The position numbers and the translations under genes are program-made. This document shows, one piece after another, positions 55,415 through 64,000 of a stretch of 64,000 nt of DNA. The DNA is from an uncultured Rickettsiales bacterium. GTDB lineage: Bacteria > Pseudomonadota > Alphaproteobacteria > Rickettsiales > UBA1997. The notes under the pieces were generated by a model. It saw only the letters and a program-made list of their open reading frames with translations. It searched no databases and was not told the DNA's origin. Numbering within the stretch: the first letter of the stretch is position 1; every line of letters starts with the position of its first letter. Where the stretch lies: contig CALXSG010000004.1 of the NCBI GenBank assembly GCA_944391075.1, positions 10,445-74,444 on the forward strand, written 5' to 3'.

Positions 55415-56347
55415 ATGAAAAATTTAAAAATTGGTTTAATTATATTTCTTTTGAATACAAGTTTTGTATTGGCAGAAGAAAATAGCTTTATAAAAATGGC
55501 ATCATTTACATACGAAAATGATTCTGTATATGGAAAAGATAGTTATTATTCTAATGGTTTACAATTTTATTTTTCTACTAATAATAAAGAAAAAAATAAT
55601 AAATTACACTCTTATTCTTTTGGTATAGGACAAAAAATGTTTACTCCATATAGCATTGAAGAAAAAGGTTTCAACCCTAATGATAGGCCTTATGCTGGTT
55701 ATTTATATGGTTTTTTAAACAAAAATATTTTTCATGATAATACAATGGATACAATAGGTTTGTCTTTGGGAACAACTGGTCCTAATTCATTAGCAGAAGA
55801 AGTACAAAAAGATATACACTCAATAATTAAAAGTCCAGAACCACAGGGGTGGGATTATCAAATAGACAATCAAATATTGTTTTCTTTACATTTAAAAAGA
55901 AATATGGAAATTTTTTCTACTAATACACATCAGTATGATTGGAAAATATTTACAAAACTTGAATTAAATTTAGGAACTCCTACTACAAGTATTGTTCCAT
56001 CAATAGAATTTAGATATGGTTGGAATTTAGGAAATGATTTTTTAACCAATAAAATTACAGAAACTCCACAAGATTTAATACTAAATGAAGGTACTTCATA
56101 TTATGCGTTTTTAGAATTAATGCCTATGGCTGTATTGTATGATACATTTTTAGATGAAGATGAAGTAAAAGGTGGTTATAAAACAAATATTGAACGAGAA
56201 TGGTTCCAATATCAAATAATGCTTGGTTTTACAGCAAAATATAAAGATTTTTATGTAAAAAATTCTAATATGTTCTTTTCAAAAGAATTTGATAAGCAAG
56301 ATAAGACACAAATTATATTTTCGTTAAATGTTGGTTATTTATTTTAA
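55415..56347 (+). CDS. LpxR-family (DUF2219) lipid A 3'-O-deacylase-like outer-membrane protein
   Basis: Signal peptide. FTYENDSVYGKDSYYSNG and GQKMFTPYSI...NDRPYAGYLYG resemble LpxR family signatures. C-terminal F is consistent with a beta-barrel. Confidence 0.5.
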   Translation: MKNLKIGLIIFLLNTSFVLAEENSFIKMASFTYENDSVYGKDSYYSNGLQFYFSTNNKEKNNKLHSYSFGIGQKMFTPYSIEEKGFNPNDRPYAGYLYGFLNKNIFHDNTMDTIGLSLGTTGPNSLAEEVQKDIHSIIKSPEPQGWDYQIDNQILFSLHLKRNMEIFSTNTHQYDWKIFTKLELNLGTPTTSIVPSIEFRYGWNLGNDFLTNKITETPQDLILNEGTSYYAFLELMPMAVLYDTFLDEDEVKGGYKTNIEREWFQYQIMLGFTAKYKDFYVKNSNMFFSKEFDKQDKTQIIFSLNVGYLF

Positions 56348-58135
56348 TTAGTCATTAATCAAAACATCTTCAATGATAAATTGGATATTTTCTTGACCTT
56401 GCCATCTATTTATGTTTAATTCACCTAAAAGATTTATTTTTTTTCCTTTTTGTGATAAAATAGAAAATATTTTATCATCTTTTGTAGTTCTAAAACACAT
56501 AGCTATAAGCCCATGAGATAAATTTACTGCATCATTATCACACACTATTAATCTTAAATTATTTTGATTTTTACCAACTATATCAGCCTTCACTACAACC
56601 ACATCTTTTAATATGATTTTAGGTTTATGATTTCCTGTGCCAAATGGCCCTAATTTATCTATTTCATTAGCTAAATCAATGGACAAACTCTTACATTCTA
56701 AAACTAAATCAGCATTTCTTTCTTTGTTATTTAAGTAATAATCGACATCATTACTTAACTCTTCAAGAAAAAATTGTTTTAATTCTTCTACTTTATTCTC
56801 TTCGACGCTAAAACCACCAGCCATAGCGTGTCCACCACCATCTTTAATTAGGCCTTTTAATTTTGCTTTTAATATTACACTACCAATATCAACACCATGC
56901 ACGGATCTACAAGAAGCTCTATAATAATCTTTTATTTTTGAAATAACCACGGTTGGCTTTTCAAACTTATCTTTAATTCTGGATGCAATAATACCAATTA
57001 CACCTTCGTGCCATGATTCACCTTCGACAAATATAATACTATCATTATATAATTCTTTCTTTTCTATCTCTATAATAGCTTCTTGCAATACAACCTTTTC
57101 TATTGCTTGTCTTTCTTGATTATAAATATTTAAATGTTTTGCTATTTGTAATGTTTCAAAGTCATCTTTTAAACAAAGCAATTTACTAGATAAGTCTGAT
57201 TCTCCTACTCTACCTGTTGCATTAATTCTAGGGCCTAAAATAAAACCAACATGATAAGTACCAATTTCTTCATCTATTTCAGAAACATTGATAAGTGATT
57301 TAATACCTGAATTTGTCCTATTATGAATTACTTTTAAACCTTGTCTTACAAATGCTCTATTAAGTCCTGTTAAAGGAACAACATCACATATTGTTCCTAA
57401 TGCAACTAAGTCAAGAAATTGCAATAAATCTGGTTCTTTTATATTTTTTTCTTTAAAATAACCCTCTTCTCTTAATTTTCTATTAAGAGAAATTAAAAAT
57501 AAAAAACCTACACCAACACCTGCTAAATTTTTATACTCTGTAATTTCATCTAATCTATTAGGGTTTATGACAGCATCAGCTTCTGGAAGTTCACTATCAC
57601 CAAGATGATGATCTGTCACAACAATCTTTAAACCTAATTCTTTACCAATTTTGCAAGGTTCAAAAGCTGAAACGCCACAATCAACAGTTAATATTAAATT
57701 TACTTTGTCATCATATTTTAACTTTTTAAAGGCTTCGACATTAGGTCCATAACCTTCATTAACCCTATCAGGAATATAAATAAGAGAATCAACATTAATT
57801 AAGTCAAAATAATTCTTCATTAAAGCAGAAGACGATACACCATCGACATCATAATCACCAAAAATACAGATTTTTTCATTATTAATTATTGAATTATACA
57901 CAATATCCACACCCTTCTTCATATCTAATAATTTATTAGGATCAGTTAAATATCTTCTAAGAGTTGGATTTATAAAATCGTTTATTTCATCCAGTTCAAC
58001 ACCTCTAATATTTAGCAATCTAGATAATATTTCCGAAAAACCAAATTTTTGATATATAGCTAAAACTTTTCTATCATCATATTGATTTATTTTCCATAAA
58101 CAGTTTTTAAATGATTTTTTGTTTGAGAAGTACAT
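56348..58135 (-). CDS. recJ: Single-stranded-DNA-specific exonuclease RecJ
   Basis: DHH-family motifs IFGDYDVDGVSS, TVDCG, VVTDHHL, plus DHHA1 GGGHAMAGG. Confidence 0.92.
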   Translation of the reverse strand: MYFSNKKSFKNCLWKINQYDDRKVLAIYQKFGFSEILSRLLNIRGVELDEINDFINPTLRRYLTDPNKLLDMKKGVDIVYNSIINNEKICIFGDYDVDGVSSSALMKNYFDLINVDSLIYIPDRVNEGYGPNVEAFKKLKYDDKVNLILTVDCGVSAFEPCKIGKELGLKIVVTDHHLGDSELPEADAVINPNRLDEITEYKNLAGVGVGFLFLISLNRKLREEGYFKEKNIKEPDLLQFLDLVALGTICDVVPLTGLNRAFVRQGLKVIHNRTNSGIKSLINVSEIDEEIGTYHVGFILGPRINATGRVGESDLSSKLLCLKDDFETLQIAKHLNIYNQERQAIEKVVLQEAIIEIEKKELYNDSIIFVEGESWHEGVIGIIASRIKDKFEKPTVVISKIKDYYRASCRSVHGVDIGSVILKAKLKGLIKDGGGHAMAGGFSVEENKVEELKQFFLEELSNDVDYYLNNKERNADLVLECKSLSIDLANEIDKLGPFGTGNHKPKIILKDVVVVKADIVGKNQNNLRLIVCDNDAVNLSHGLIAMCFRTTKDDKIFSILSQKGKKINLLGELNINRWQGQENIQFIIEDVLIND

Positions 58136-58136
58136 A

Positions 58137-58559
58137 TTATCTACCTCCCACTATGTCCAAAGTATATGCATTTTTTGTATCTAATGCCTTAGGAATATTA
58201 TTACCGAATCTCTTTGCTGGCCCAAAACCTACAACTTTATTATTATCTAAAATAACCCAATATTCTGTACCAGTTCTTAATAATGGATAAAAACCAATAA
58301 ATGGAAATTGATCAAGATTAAAAAATAAGCTAAAAACACTATCGTGTACATAGTATACCATGTATTTTTTGCTATAAAATTCATTTTGTGTTGCTGGTTC
58401 ACCTAAAACATCTATAACTTGTTCGGCAGAATAATTTACATGAATATTCTTAAAACCATTGCTTGTCAAAGGAAGACAACTCGTACACAAAACACAAAAT
58501 AAAACAAAAAATAATTCTCTACTACTCTTAACTATCTTGTTAAAATACTTTTTCTTCAC
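58137..58559 (-). CDS. Small putative lipoprotein (possibly BamE/SmpA-like)
   Basis: Lipobox-like FCVLCTSC. AEQVIDVLGEPATQNEF loosely resembles the BamE motif. Confidence 0.35.
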   Translation of the reverse strand: MKKKYFNKIVKSSRELFFVLFCVLCTSCLPLTSNGFKNIHVNYSAEQVIDVLGEPATQNEFYSKKYMVYYVHDSVFSLFFNLDQFPFIGFYPLLRTGTEYWVILDNNKVVGFGPAKRFGNNIPKALDTKNAYTLDIVGGR

Positions 58560-58615
58560 TACTAAACTTCTAAAAATTATACTACCAGTATATATTTTAA
58601 AAAAAGTATAAAAAA

Positions 58616-58646
58616 AATCAACAATTTTATAATAAAATTGTTGATT
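58616..58646 (-). terminator. Hairpin after rpmG
   Basis: aatcaacaatttt (58616-58628) pairs with aaaattgttgatt (58634-58646). Confidence 0.55.
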
Positions 58647-58670
58647 AATATTATTGAAAAATTTATATTA

Positions 58671-58868
58671 TTATTTACCGCCACCTAATTTTTCTTCTTT
58701 GAAAAGAACATGTTTTCTAACAACAGGGTCAAATTTATTAAATTCCATCTTGTTAGGTCTTTTCTTAGGATTTCTTCTTGCTAAGTAAAAATAACCTGTA
58801 CCAGCAGTACTAACCAATTTAAACAATATTGCCGGTCTCTTTCTTTTTGCTGTTTTACTATTTGCCAT
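58671..58868 (-). CDS. rpmG: 50S ribosomal protein L33
   Basis: 65 aa. [23 protein letters not shown]...[16 protein letters not shown] matches the L33 pattern. Slightly extended termini. Confidence 0.85.
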   Translation of the reverse strand: MANSKTAKRKRPAILFKLVSTAGTGYFYLARRNPKKRPNKMEFNKFDPVVRKHVLFKEEKLGGGK

Positions 58869-59014
58869 TTTTAGCCTTTATTTTTAATCAAAATTTTTTC
58901 TAATAGTAAATTATGATTTTTATTTGTCAAGAAATAAGTATTATTTATCTACTTATTTTACTTGACTTTTTCTTACTTAATTATATCATATAGCAAATTT
59001 ATAAATATTAAAAT

Positions 59015-60667
59015 ATGAATAAAATTTTATTTAAGTACATTAAAAATATAAAAAATACAATGATAAATTTGACATTCGTTAAGTTTATATTCTTATTTAG
59101 TTTGTTTAATATAGTAGTTTATGGTTATCCAATTATTACAAAAGCTAACACTTTTTATCATAATTTCTTTATAACCATAATATTATATTCAATTTCTTAT
59201 GCTTTGTTAATTTCAGCTTTTGCTATACTTATATTTAAAAAATCATATAAAATCATATTATCTTTCATTATAATAGCTAATTCTGTAATCTTTCATTTCA
59301 TGATAACATATGGAATAGCTTTTGATGCTAATATGCTTATTAATACCACAGAAACAAATTATAATGAAGCTATTGAATTTATTAATTTAAAGTTTATTTT
59401 ATTTATTATTTTTTTAGGTATACTACCAGCTATATTTGTTTACAAAAGAATTAATATTGAATTTCCACACTATTGGAAAAATAAGATAATATTATCAATT
59501 GCCCCATTATTATTAATATTTTTGATGACTTTACCATGTCATTTATCAGAAAGAACACTAAACTTTGTTAGGGACAATCAAAGAATAACAAGCTATATAA
59601 TGCCAATAAATTATATTGAAGCAAGTATAGAATTTTGCTTTTTAAAAATTAAAAGTTATATAAATTCTTTAAACTTAATATCTATTAGTGATGATGCCAC
59701 AATAGAAGAAAAAAATTATAATAAAAATGACAAGAAAAATCTAATTGTTTTTGTTATGGGAGAATCTGCAAGAGCTAAAAATTTTTCATTAAATGGTTAT
59801 GAAAGAAATACAAATAAATTTTTAGATGATTATAAAGAAGATATAATTAGTTTCAAAAATTTTGAATCTTGCGGAACTTTCACAGCTTTAAGTCTTACTT
59901 GTACTTTTTCACATTTACCAAGAAAAGAATTTGATTATGCAAAAAGTTTTAAATATGAAAGTCTAATAGATATTTTTGATAAAGTAGGTTTTGATGTTGC
60001 ATGGAGAAGTAATAATGGTAAATGCAAAGGAGTTTGTGATAGAGTTAAAAATTCATTAGTAAAAAGTTTTGGCAATAATATTTATGATGATTTATTATTA
60101 AAAGCTTTTGATATGGACTTAAATAGATTAACAGAAAAAAATAATTTAATAGTTTTACATGGAAGAGGAAGCCACGGACCATTGTATTATAAAAGATATC
60201 CAAAAGAGTTTGAAGTATATAAACCAGCTTGCAACAATGAACTTGATAAATGTTCAGTTGAAGAAATCATTAACGCTTATGATAATAGCATATACTATAC
60301 TAGTTATATATTAAAAGAAATTATCAATAGATTAACAAAATTGGATGATAAATATAATACAATGCTAATTTTTATGTCAGATCACGGACAATCATTAGGA
60401 GAAAATGGTGTTTTTATGCATAGTGCTCCTTTTGATACAGCACCAATAGATCAAAAAAATCCTGCATTCTTTATATGGCTAAATGATGATTTTGCTAATA
60501 CATTTAATATTGACAAACAATGTTTAATATCTAAAATAAATAGTAATTTATCGCAAGACAATATTTTTCATTCAATGTTAGGAATTTTCAAGATTCATTC
60601 AAAGTATTATAATAAAAATTTAGATATTTTTAGTGATTGTATGAACATTAATAATATTACAAAATAA
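59015..60667 (+). CDS. Phosphoethanolamine--lipid A transferase (EptA/sulfatase family)
   Basis: N-terminal 5-TM domain plus periplasmic sulfatase-fold domain. VMGESARAKNFSLNGYERNTN and MSDHGQSLGENG motifs. Confidence 0.8.
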   Translation: MNKILFKYIKNIKNTMINLTFVKFIFLFSLFNIVVYGYPIITKANTFYHNFFITIILYSISYALLISAFAILIFKKSYKIILSFIIIANSVIFHFMITYGIAFDANMLINTTETNYNEAIEFINLKFILFIIFLGILPAIFVYKRINIEFPHYWKNKIILSIAPLLLIFLMTLPCHLSERTLNFVRDNQRITSYIMPINYIEASIEFCFLKIKSYINSLNLISISDDATIEEKNYNKNDKKNLIVFVMGESARAKNFSLNGYERNTNKFLDDYKEDIISFKNFESCGTFTALSLTCTFSHLPRKEFDYAKSFKYESLIDIFDKVGFDVAWRSNNGKCKGVCDRVKNSLVKSFGNNIYDDLLLKAFDMDLNRLTEKNNLIVLHGRGSHGPLYYKRYPKEFEVYKPACNNELDKCSVEEIINAYDNSIYYTSYILKEIINRLTKLDDKYNTMLIFMSDHGQSLGENGVFMHSAPFDTAPIDQKNPAFFIWLNDDFANTFNIDKQCLISKINSNLSQDNIFHSMLGIFKIHSKYYNKNLDIFSDCMNINNITK

Positions 60668-60729
60668 AATAGCTCCATATTGATTAACACAGAGCTATAA
60701 GTTCTTAATAAATAGATTATAAATCTATA

Positions 60730-61002
60730 TTATTTAACTGAATCTTTTAAAACTTTACCAACTGTAAATTTAACTTTTTTACCAGCAGGAATTTTAATTT
60801 CTTTTCCTGTTTTAGGATTTCTACCCATTTTAGCTTTTGTATCAACAACTTTAAAGCTTCCAAAACCAATTAAGGAAACATCATCACCTTTTTTAAGTGA
60901 TTCTTCAATTGTTTCCATAAAAGCATTTAATAACATTTCACATGCTACTTTTGTAGTACCTGTTTTAGTAGCTACTGCATTAATTAAATCTTGCTTATAC
61001 AT
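60730..61002 (-). CDS. hup: HU-family nucleoid-associated DNA-binding protein
   Basis: 90 aa. GFGSFKVVDTKAKMGRNPKTGKEIKIPAGKKVKF. Confidence 0.93.
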   Translation of the reverse strand: MYKQDLINAVATKTGTTKVACEMLLNAFMETIEESLKKGDDVSLIGFGSFKVVDTKAKMGRNPKTGKEIKIPAGKKVKFTVGKVLKDSVK

Positions 61003-61133
61003 AATTTACCTCTTTATTTTTATTTAATATAATATCAAAAATATTATACTGCTTACTATTTTATATTAATTGATATAATTTTAATATCAAGACTTTTTAA
61101 TTATTAGTATTGTTTGTATAAATAGCATTTTTT

Positions 61134-61505
61134 CTATATATGTTCAGTTTGATTTTTTAAACACTTTTCAATATCTTTCGCTATCGATTCAACAGACATA
61201 TTCATAATAGAATGTCTAGCTATGATTTGATAATCATATTGATTTTTTAATAGCATTTTATCAACTTTTTTAAAAGCTTCTTTAATCTTCCTTCTAATGT
61301 GGTTTCTAACCACAGCTTTTTTGCTAATTTTTTTACTTACAACAGCTAATAATCTAACAAAATCAGTCACTCTACTATTATAATCAATATTTCTTTGTGG
61401 CGTTGGTATATATAATAATATCATGGAACCTGTTTTAATAAAAAATTCAGGGGATTCTCTCTCTTGCAATATTTGTATTCTAGATTTAATTGGTAAAATA
61501 AACAT
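61134..61505 (-). CDS. rnpA: Ribonuclease P protein component
   Basis: 123 aa. KKAVVRNHIRRKIKEAF (RNR motif). No rpmH directly upstream, which is atypical. Confidence 0.75.
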   Translation of the reverse strand: MFILPIKSRIQILQERESPEFFIKTGSMILLYIPTPQRNIDYNSRVTDFVRLLAVVSKKISKKAVVRNHIRRKIKEAFKKVDKMLLKNQYDYQIIARHSIMNMSVESIAKDIEKCLKNQTEHI

Positions 61506-62968
61506 TAGTTATAGACAATATTTGATGATTGTTTTTCACCTATTGGTAAAAATATTAAACTATTTTTAGTAGGACTTTTTACAATAATAAATACATACTT
61601 ACTATTATCCAACTCAGCTTTATGAATATTTTGCAAAATAACATCGCCACTAGTAGCTTGATCTTGATTAATTGATAATATAACATCACCAGATCTAATA
61701 CCTTTTTTATCAGCCAAACCACCTTTTTGTGTTTTTAAAACATACATACCATCATTAGCTTTAATATCAAATTTTTTCTTAGATTCTCTATTTACAGGAA
61801 TTAGCACAGCATCAAAAGCTTCAACAGCTTTAGATAGTAAAGCTTCATACTCTTGATCATATTTATAATTATCTTTATTTTCCTCTGTTTTAACTGTTAT
61901 GCTTATAACCTTATTATTTCTTAAAATATCAAGTTTTACTCTTGAACCTATCTCAGTAGACGTAATTAATAATGATAATTCACGAACATTTCTAACTCTT
62001 TTACCATTATACTTTAATATAATATCAGAAACTAACAAGCCTGCTCTATCTGCGGGACTATCATTTTTTATATCCGTAATAATAACACCATATCTTCTTG
62101 TTGCAGTATCTAATATTTGAAAAATTTCCTTTTGTATATTTTCTACAACAATACCAATTGTACCTCTTTTAACATAGCCATATCTTTTTAATTCTTCAAT
62201 AAGTGGTAATAAATCGGTAGCTGGCATTGCAAAACCTATACCAACATTACTTCCATCAGGAGAGTAAATAGCACTTGTTAAGCCAATAACTTTACCTCTT
62301 AAATTGAACATAGGACCACCAGAATTGCCTTTATTTATAGATGCATCTGTTTGAATGAAATTATCAAAAGAATTCATTTTTAGATTTCGATTTAAAGCTG
62401 AAATAATACCAGTAGACACAGACACACCTAAATTATAAGGATTACCAGCAACAACTACAATATCACCAACCTTATAATTTTTAGTTTGATCAAATTCAAC
62501 ATACGGAAGTTTATTTTTAATTGATATTTTTAATAAAGCTATATCCATAATTTCATCTACACCTACAATTTCAGCTGGAAAATTTGTTTCTGAACCTTTT
62601 AATTTAATATTAACTTTTTCTCCATCTTTTATAACATGATAATTTGTTACAATATAACCATCTTCACTAATTAAAAAACCAGAACCAAGAGAAACAGTTT
62701 CAGGTGTTTCTTCTATATTATATTCTGTATTATATGTATTATTTTTTATAGTATTAATTGTAACAACTGTTGGCAATATATTATCAATAATCGAAGATAA
62801 ATCATATAAATATATACCATTTACACTAATATCTTCATTATTACTATCTTTTGTTTCAGTTGTATTATTTGTATTATCTGCTTGTGAAGATAAAGAACTA
62901 GCATTTACTAACTGAATATTAGTTATATACACTATAATTATTATTAGTAAAATGCTAGCTCTTCTCAT
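61505..62968 (-). CDS. htrA: HtrA/DegP-family periplasmic serine protease with two PDZ domains
   Basis: Catalytic triad context TNYHV, D(I)ALLK, GNSGGPMFN. Signal peptide from ATG 62968 (MRRASILLIIIIVYI). Confidence 0.9.
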   Translation of the reverse strand: MRRASILLIIIIVYITNIQLVNASSLSSQADNTNNTTETKDSNNEDISVNGIYLYDLSSIIDNILPTVVTINTIKNNTYNTEYNIEETPETVSLGSGFLISEDGYIVTNYHVIKDGEKVNIKLKGSETNFPAEIVGVDEIMDIALLKISIKNKLPYVEFDQTKNYKVGDIVVVAGNPYNLGVSVSTGIISALNRNLKMNSFDNFIQTDASINKGNSGGPMFNLRGKVIGLTSAIYSPDGSNVGIGFAMPATDLLPLIEELKRYGYVKRGTIGIVVENIQKEIFQILDTATRRYGVIITDIKNDSPADRAGLLVSDIILKYNGKRVRNVRELSLLITSTEIGSRVKLDILRNNKVISITVKTEENKDNYKYDQEYEALLSKAVEAFDAVLIPVNRESKKKFDIKANDGMYVLKTQKGGLADKKGIRSGDVILSINQDQATSGDVILQNIHKAELDNSKYVFIIVKSPTKNSLIFLPIGEKQSSNIVYN

Positions 62969-62975
62969 AATTCTA

Positions 62976-63683
62976 TTAATTTTTATTATTACCAAAGAAT
63001 TTTAATAATGTTAAAAATAAGTTAATGAAATCCATATATAAATTTAAAGCACCAATAACAGCAACTTTTTCTTTAACTCCTGCATCTCCATTAACATAAT
63101 CATATGTTTGTTTGATTTTTTGTACATCATAAGCTGTTAAACCAGAGAATATGATAACACCTAAAATAGATATAGCAAAATCAACACCTGAACTCTTTAA
63201 GAAAATATTAACTAAACTTGCTATAACTATACCCAAAAGTCCCATAATCAAGAATTGTCCCATTCCTGTTAAATCTTTCTTTGTTACATAACCATATAAA
63301 CTCATACCACCAAACATAGCAGCTGTAATAAAGAATGTTCTAACAATACTAATAGATGTATAAATATAAAAAATTGATGACATTGATAAGCCCATCAAGC
63401 CTGAAAAAATAAATAAATGTGTCTTTGCTTTTTCAGGTGTCATAGACCATACTTTTGCACTAAAATAAAATACATAAAATAATGGAGCCAATGCAACAAC
63501 TATTGATAGTGGTGAACCTAAGAATAATTGTGTTAATGCAGCACTTTTAGCTACTAAAAAAGAAACTAAACCTGTAATTAATAAAGCTATTGACATATAT
63601 TTATAAACATTATCCATATATGTTTTTAAGCCTTCATCATAGGTTACAGTATTCGTTTGCGTCAAATCTAAAAAATTTTTCAT
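62976..63683 (-). CDS. Bax-inhibitor-1/YccA-family membrane protein
   Basis: Seven TM helices. YMDNVYKYMSIALLITG N-terminal motif. Start taken at ATG 63683 (MKNFLDL). Confidence 0.8.
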   Translation of the reverse strand: MKNFLDLTQTNTVTYDEGLKTYMDNVYKYMSIALLITGLVSFLVAKSAALTQLFLGSPLSIVVALAPLFYVFYFSAKVWSMTPEKAKTHLFIFSGLMGLSMSSIFYIYTSISIVRTFFITAAMFGGMSLYGYVTKKDLTGMGQFLIMGLLGIVIASLVNIFLKSSGVDFAISILGVIIFSGLTAYDVQKIKQTYDYVNGDAGVKEKVAVIGALNLYMDFINLFLTLLKFFGNNKN

Positions 63684-63877
63684 AAAATGTCCTTTTATTA
63701 ATATCATATTATTTAATATAATAACCTTTTATTAAAATGCAATATATTTGTTATAAAATATATAATTTATCTTAATTTCTCTTAAAAAAATTTATAATAA
63801 TTAAACATATTAAAAATATTAATTCATATTATGAAATATTACAAATTTTGATAATATAAATTCTTGTTTTTTATATG

Positions 63878-63906
63878 TTGACAATTATAAAATATTATAT
63901 TATGAT
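63878..63906 (+). promoter_or_regulatory. Near-consensus sigma70 promoter firing out of the window end
   Basis: TTGACA (63878-63883), 17 nt spacer, TATGAT (63901-63906), preceded by a very A/T-rich UP-like region. Confidence 0.4.
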
Positions 63907-64000
63907 AATTTAAGTTTATTTTCGATAGTTAAGACTATTGTGAGGATAAATTTACCGCGGAGCTACTAGCGAGAAGGTAAATATAATTTAGCAAACTAAA

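Noticed and set aside
63940-64000. Naming the terminal structured RNA (tmRNA, SRP RNA, RNase P RNA, SAM-II or another riboswitch)
   Set aside because: None of the signature sequences I can recall for these RNAs is present in the ~60 nt available. The element is truncated by the window end, so only the promoter and hairpin are reported.

Overview
This is a very AT-rich, gene-dense chromosomal window with about 62 CDS, mostly on the minus strand. It comes from a small-genome Gram-negative bacterium. All calls rest on my own reading of the ORF translations, motifs and hand-worked reading frames. No database search was run.

The best taxonomic guess is an alphaproteobacterium. Evidence: a DUF1013-type protein, an RNase E with an insertion in its S1 domain, and a Rickettsiales-style split type IV secretion cluster (virB3-virB4 plus two giant virB6-like genes). 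The metabolism looks fermentative and anaerobic (pflB, adhE, an LDH/MDH-family dehydrogenase).

Layout:
- 1-6202: S10/spc ribosomal protein operon (rpsJ through rplE, plus the start of rpsN).
- 6203-13571: an accessory block. It holds three tandem type IV pilin-like paralogues, each with a 10-11 nt poly-G tract in its leader. As sequenced, one is in frame and two are one slip away from being in frame. The block also holds a 1054-aa SF2 helicase with an unusual domain architecture, an unknown 207-aa gene and an XRE-like gene remnant.
- 13572-19912: upp, pflB, fur (with a Fur box), a PiT-like membrane protein, a prepilin peptidase and rsmA.
- 19913-30861: virB6-like x2, virB4 and virB3. The larger VirB6 paralogue carries a ~520-aa loop insertion containing a poly-glycine domain resembling the ALK/LTK-type domain (Pfam Gly_rich).
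- 31026-34541: a tight ddl / alpha-beta hydrolase / MurF-like ligase operon in which the ligase N-terminus is replaced by about 5 TM helices.
- 34594-63683: mostly housekeeping genes. They include a P2-type ATPase preceded by a candidate yybP-ykoY (Mn2+) riboswitch, rplY, a tolC-like gene, pyrH, tsf, rpsB with repeat extensions, rne, adhE, lipid A remodelling genes (LpxR-like, EptA-like), recJ, rpmG, hup, rnpA, htrA and a BI-1-like gene.

I recognised no rRNA, tRNA, CRISPR array, transposase or integrase.
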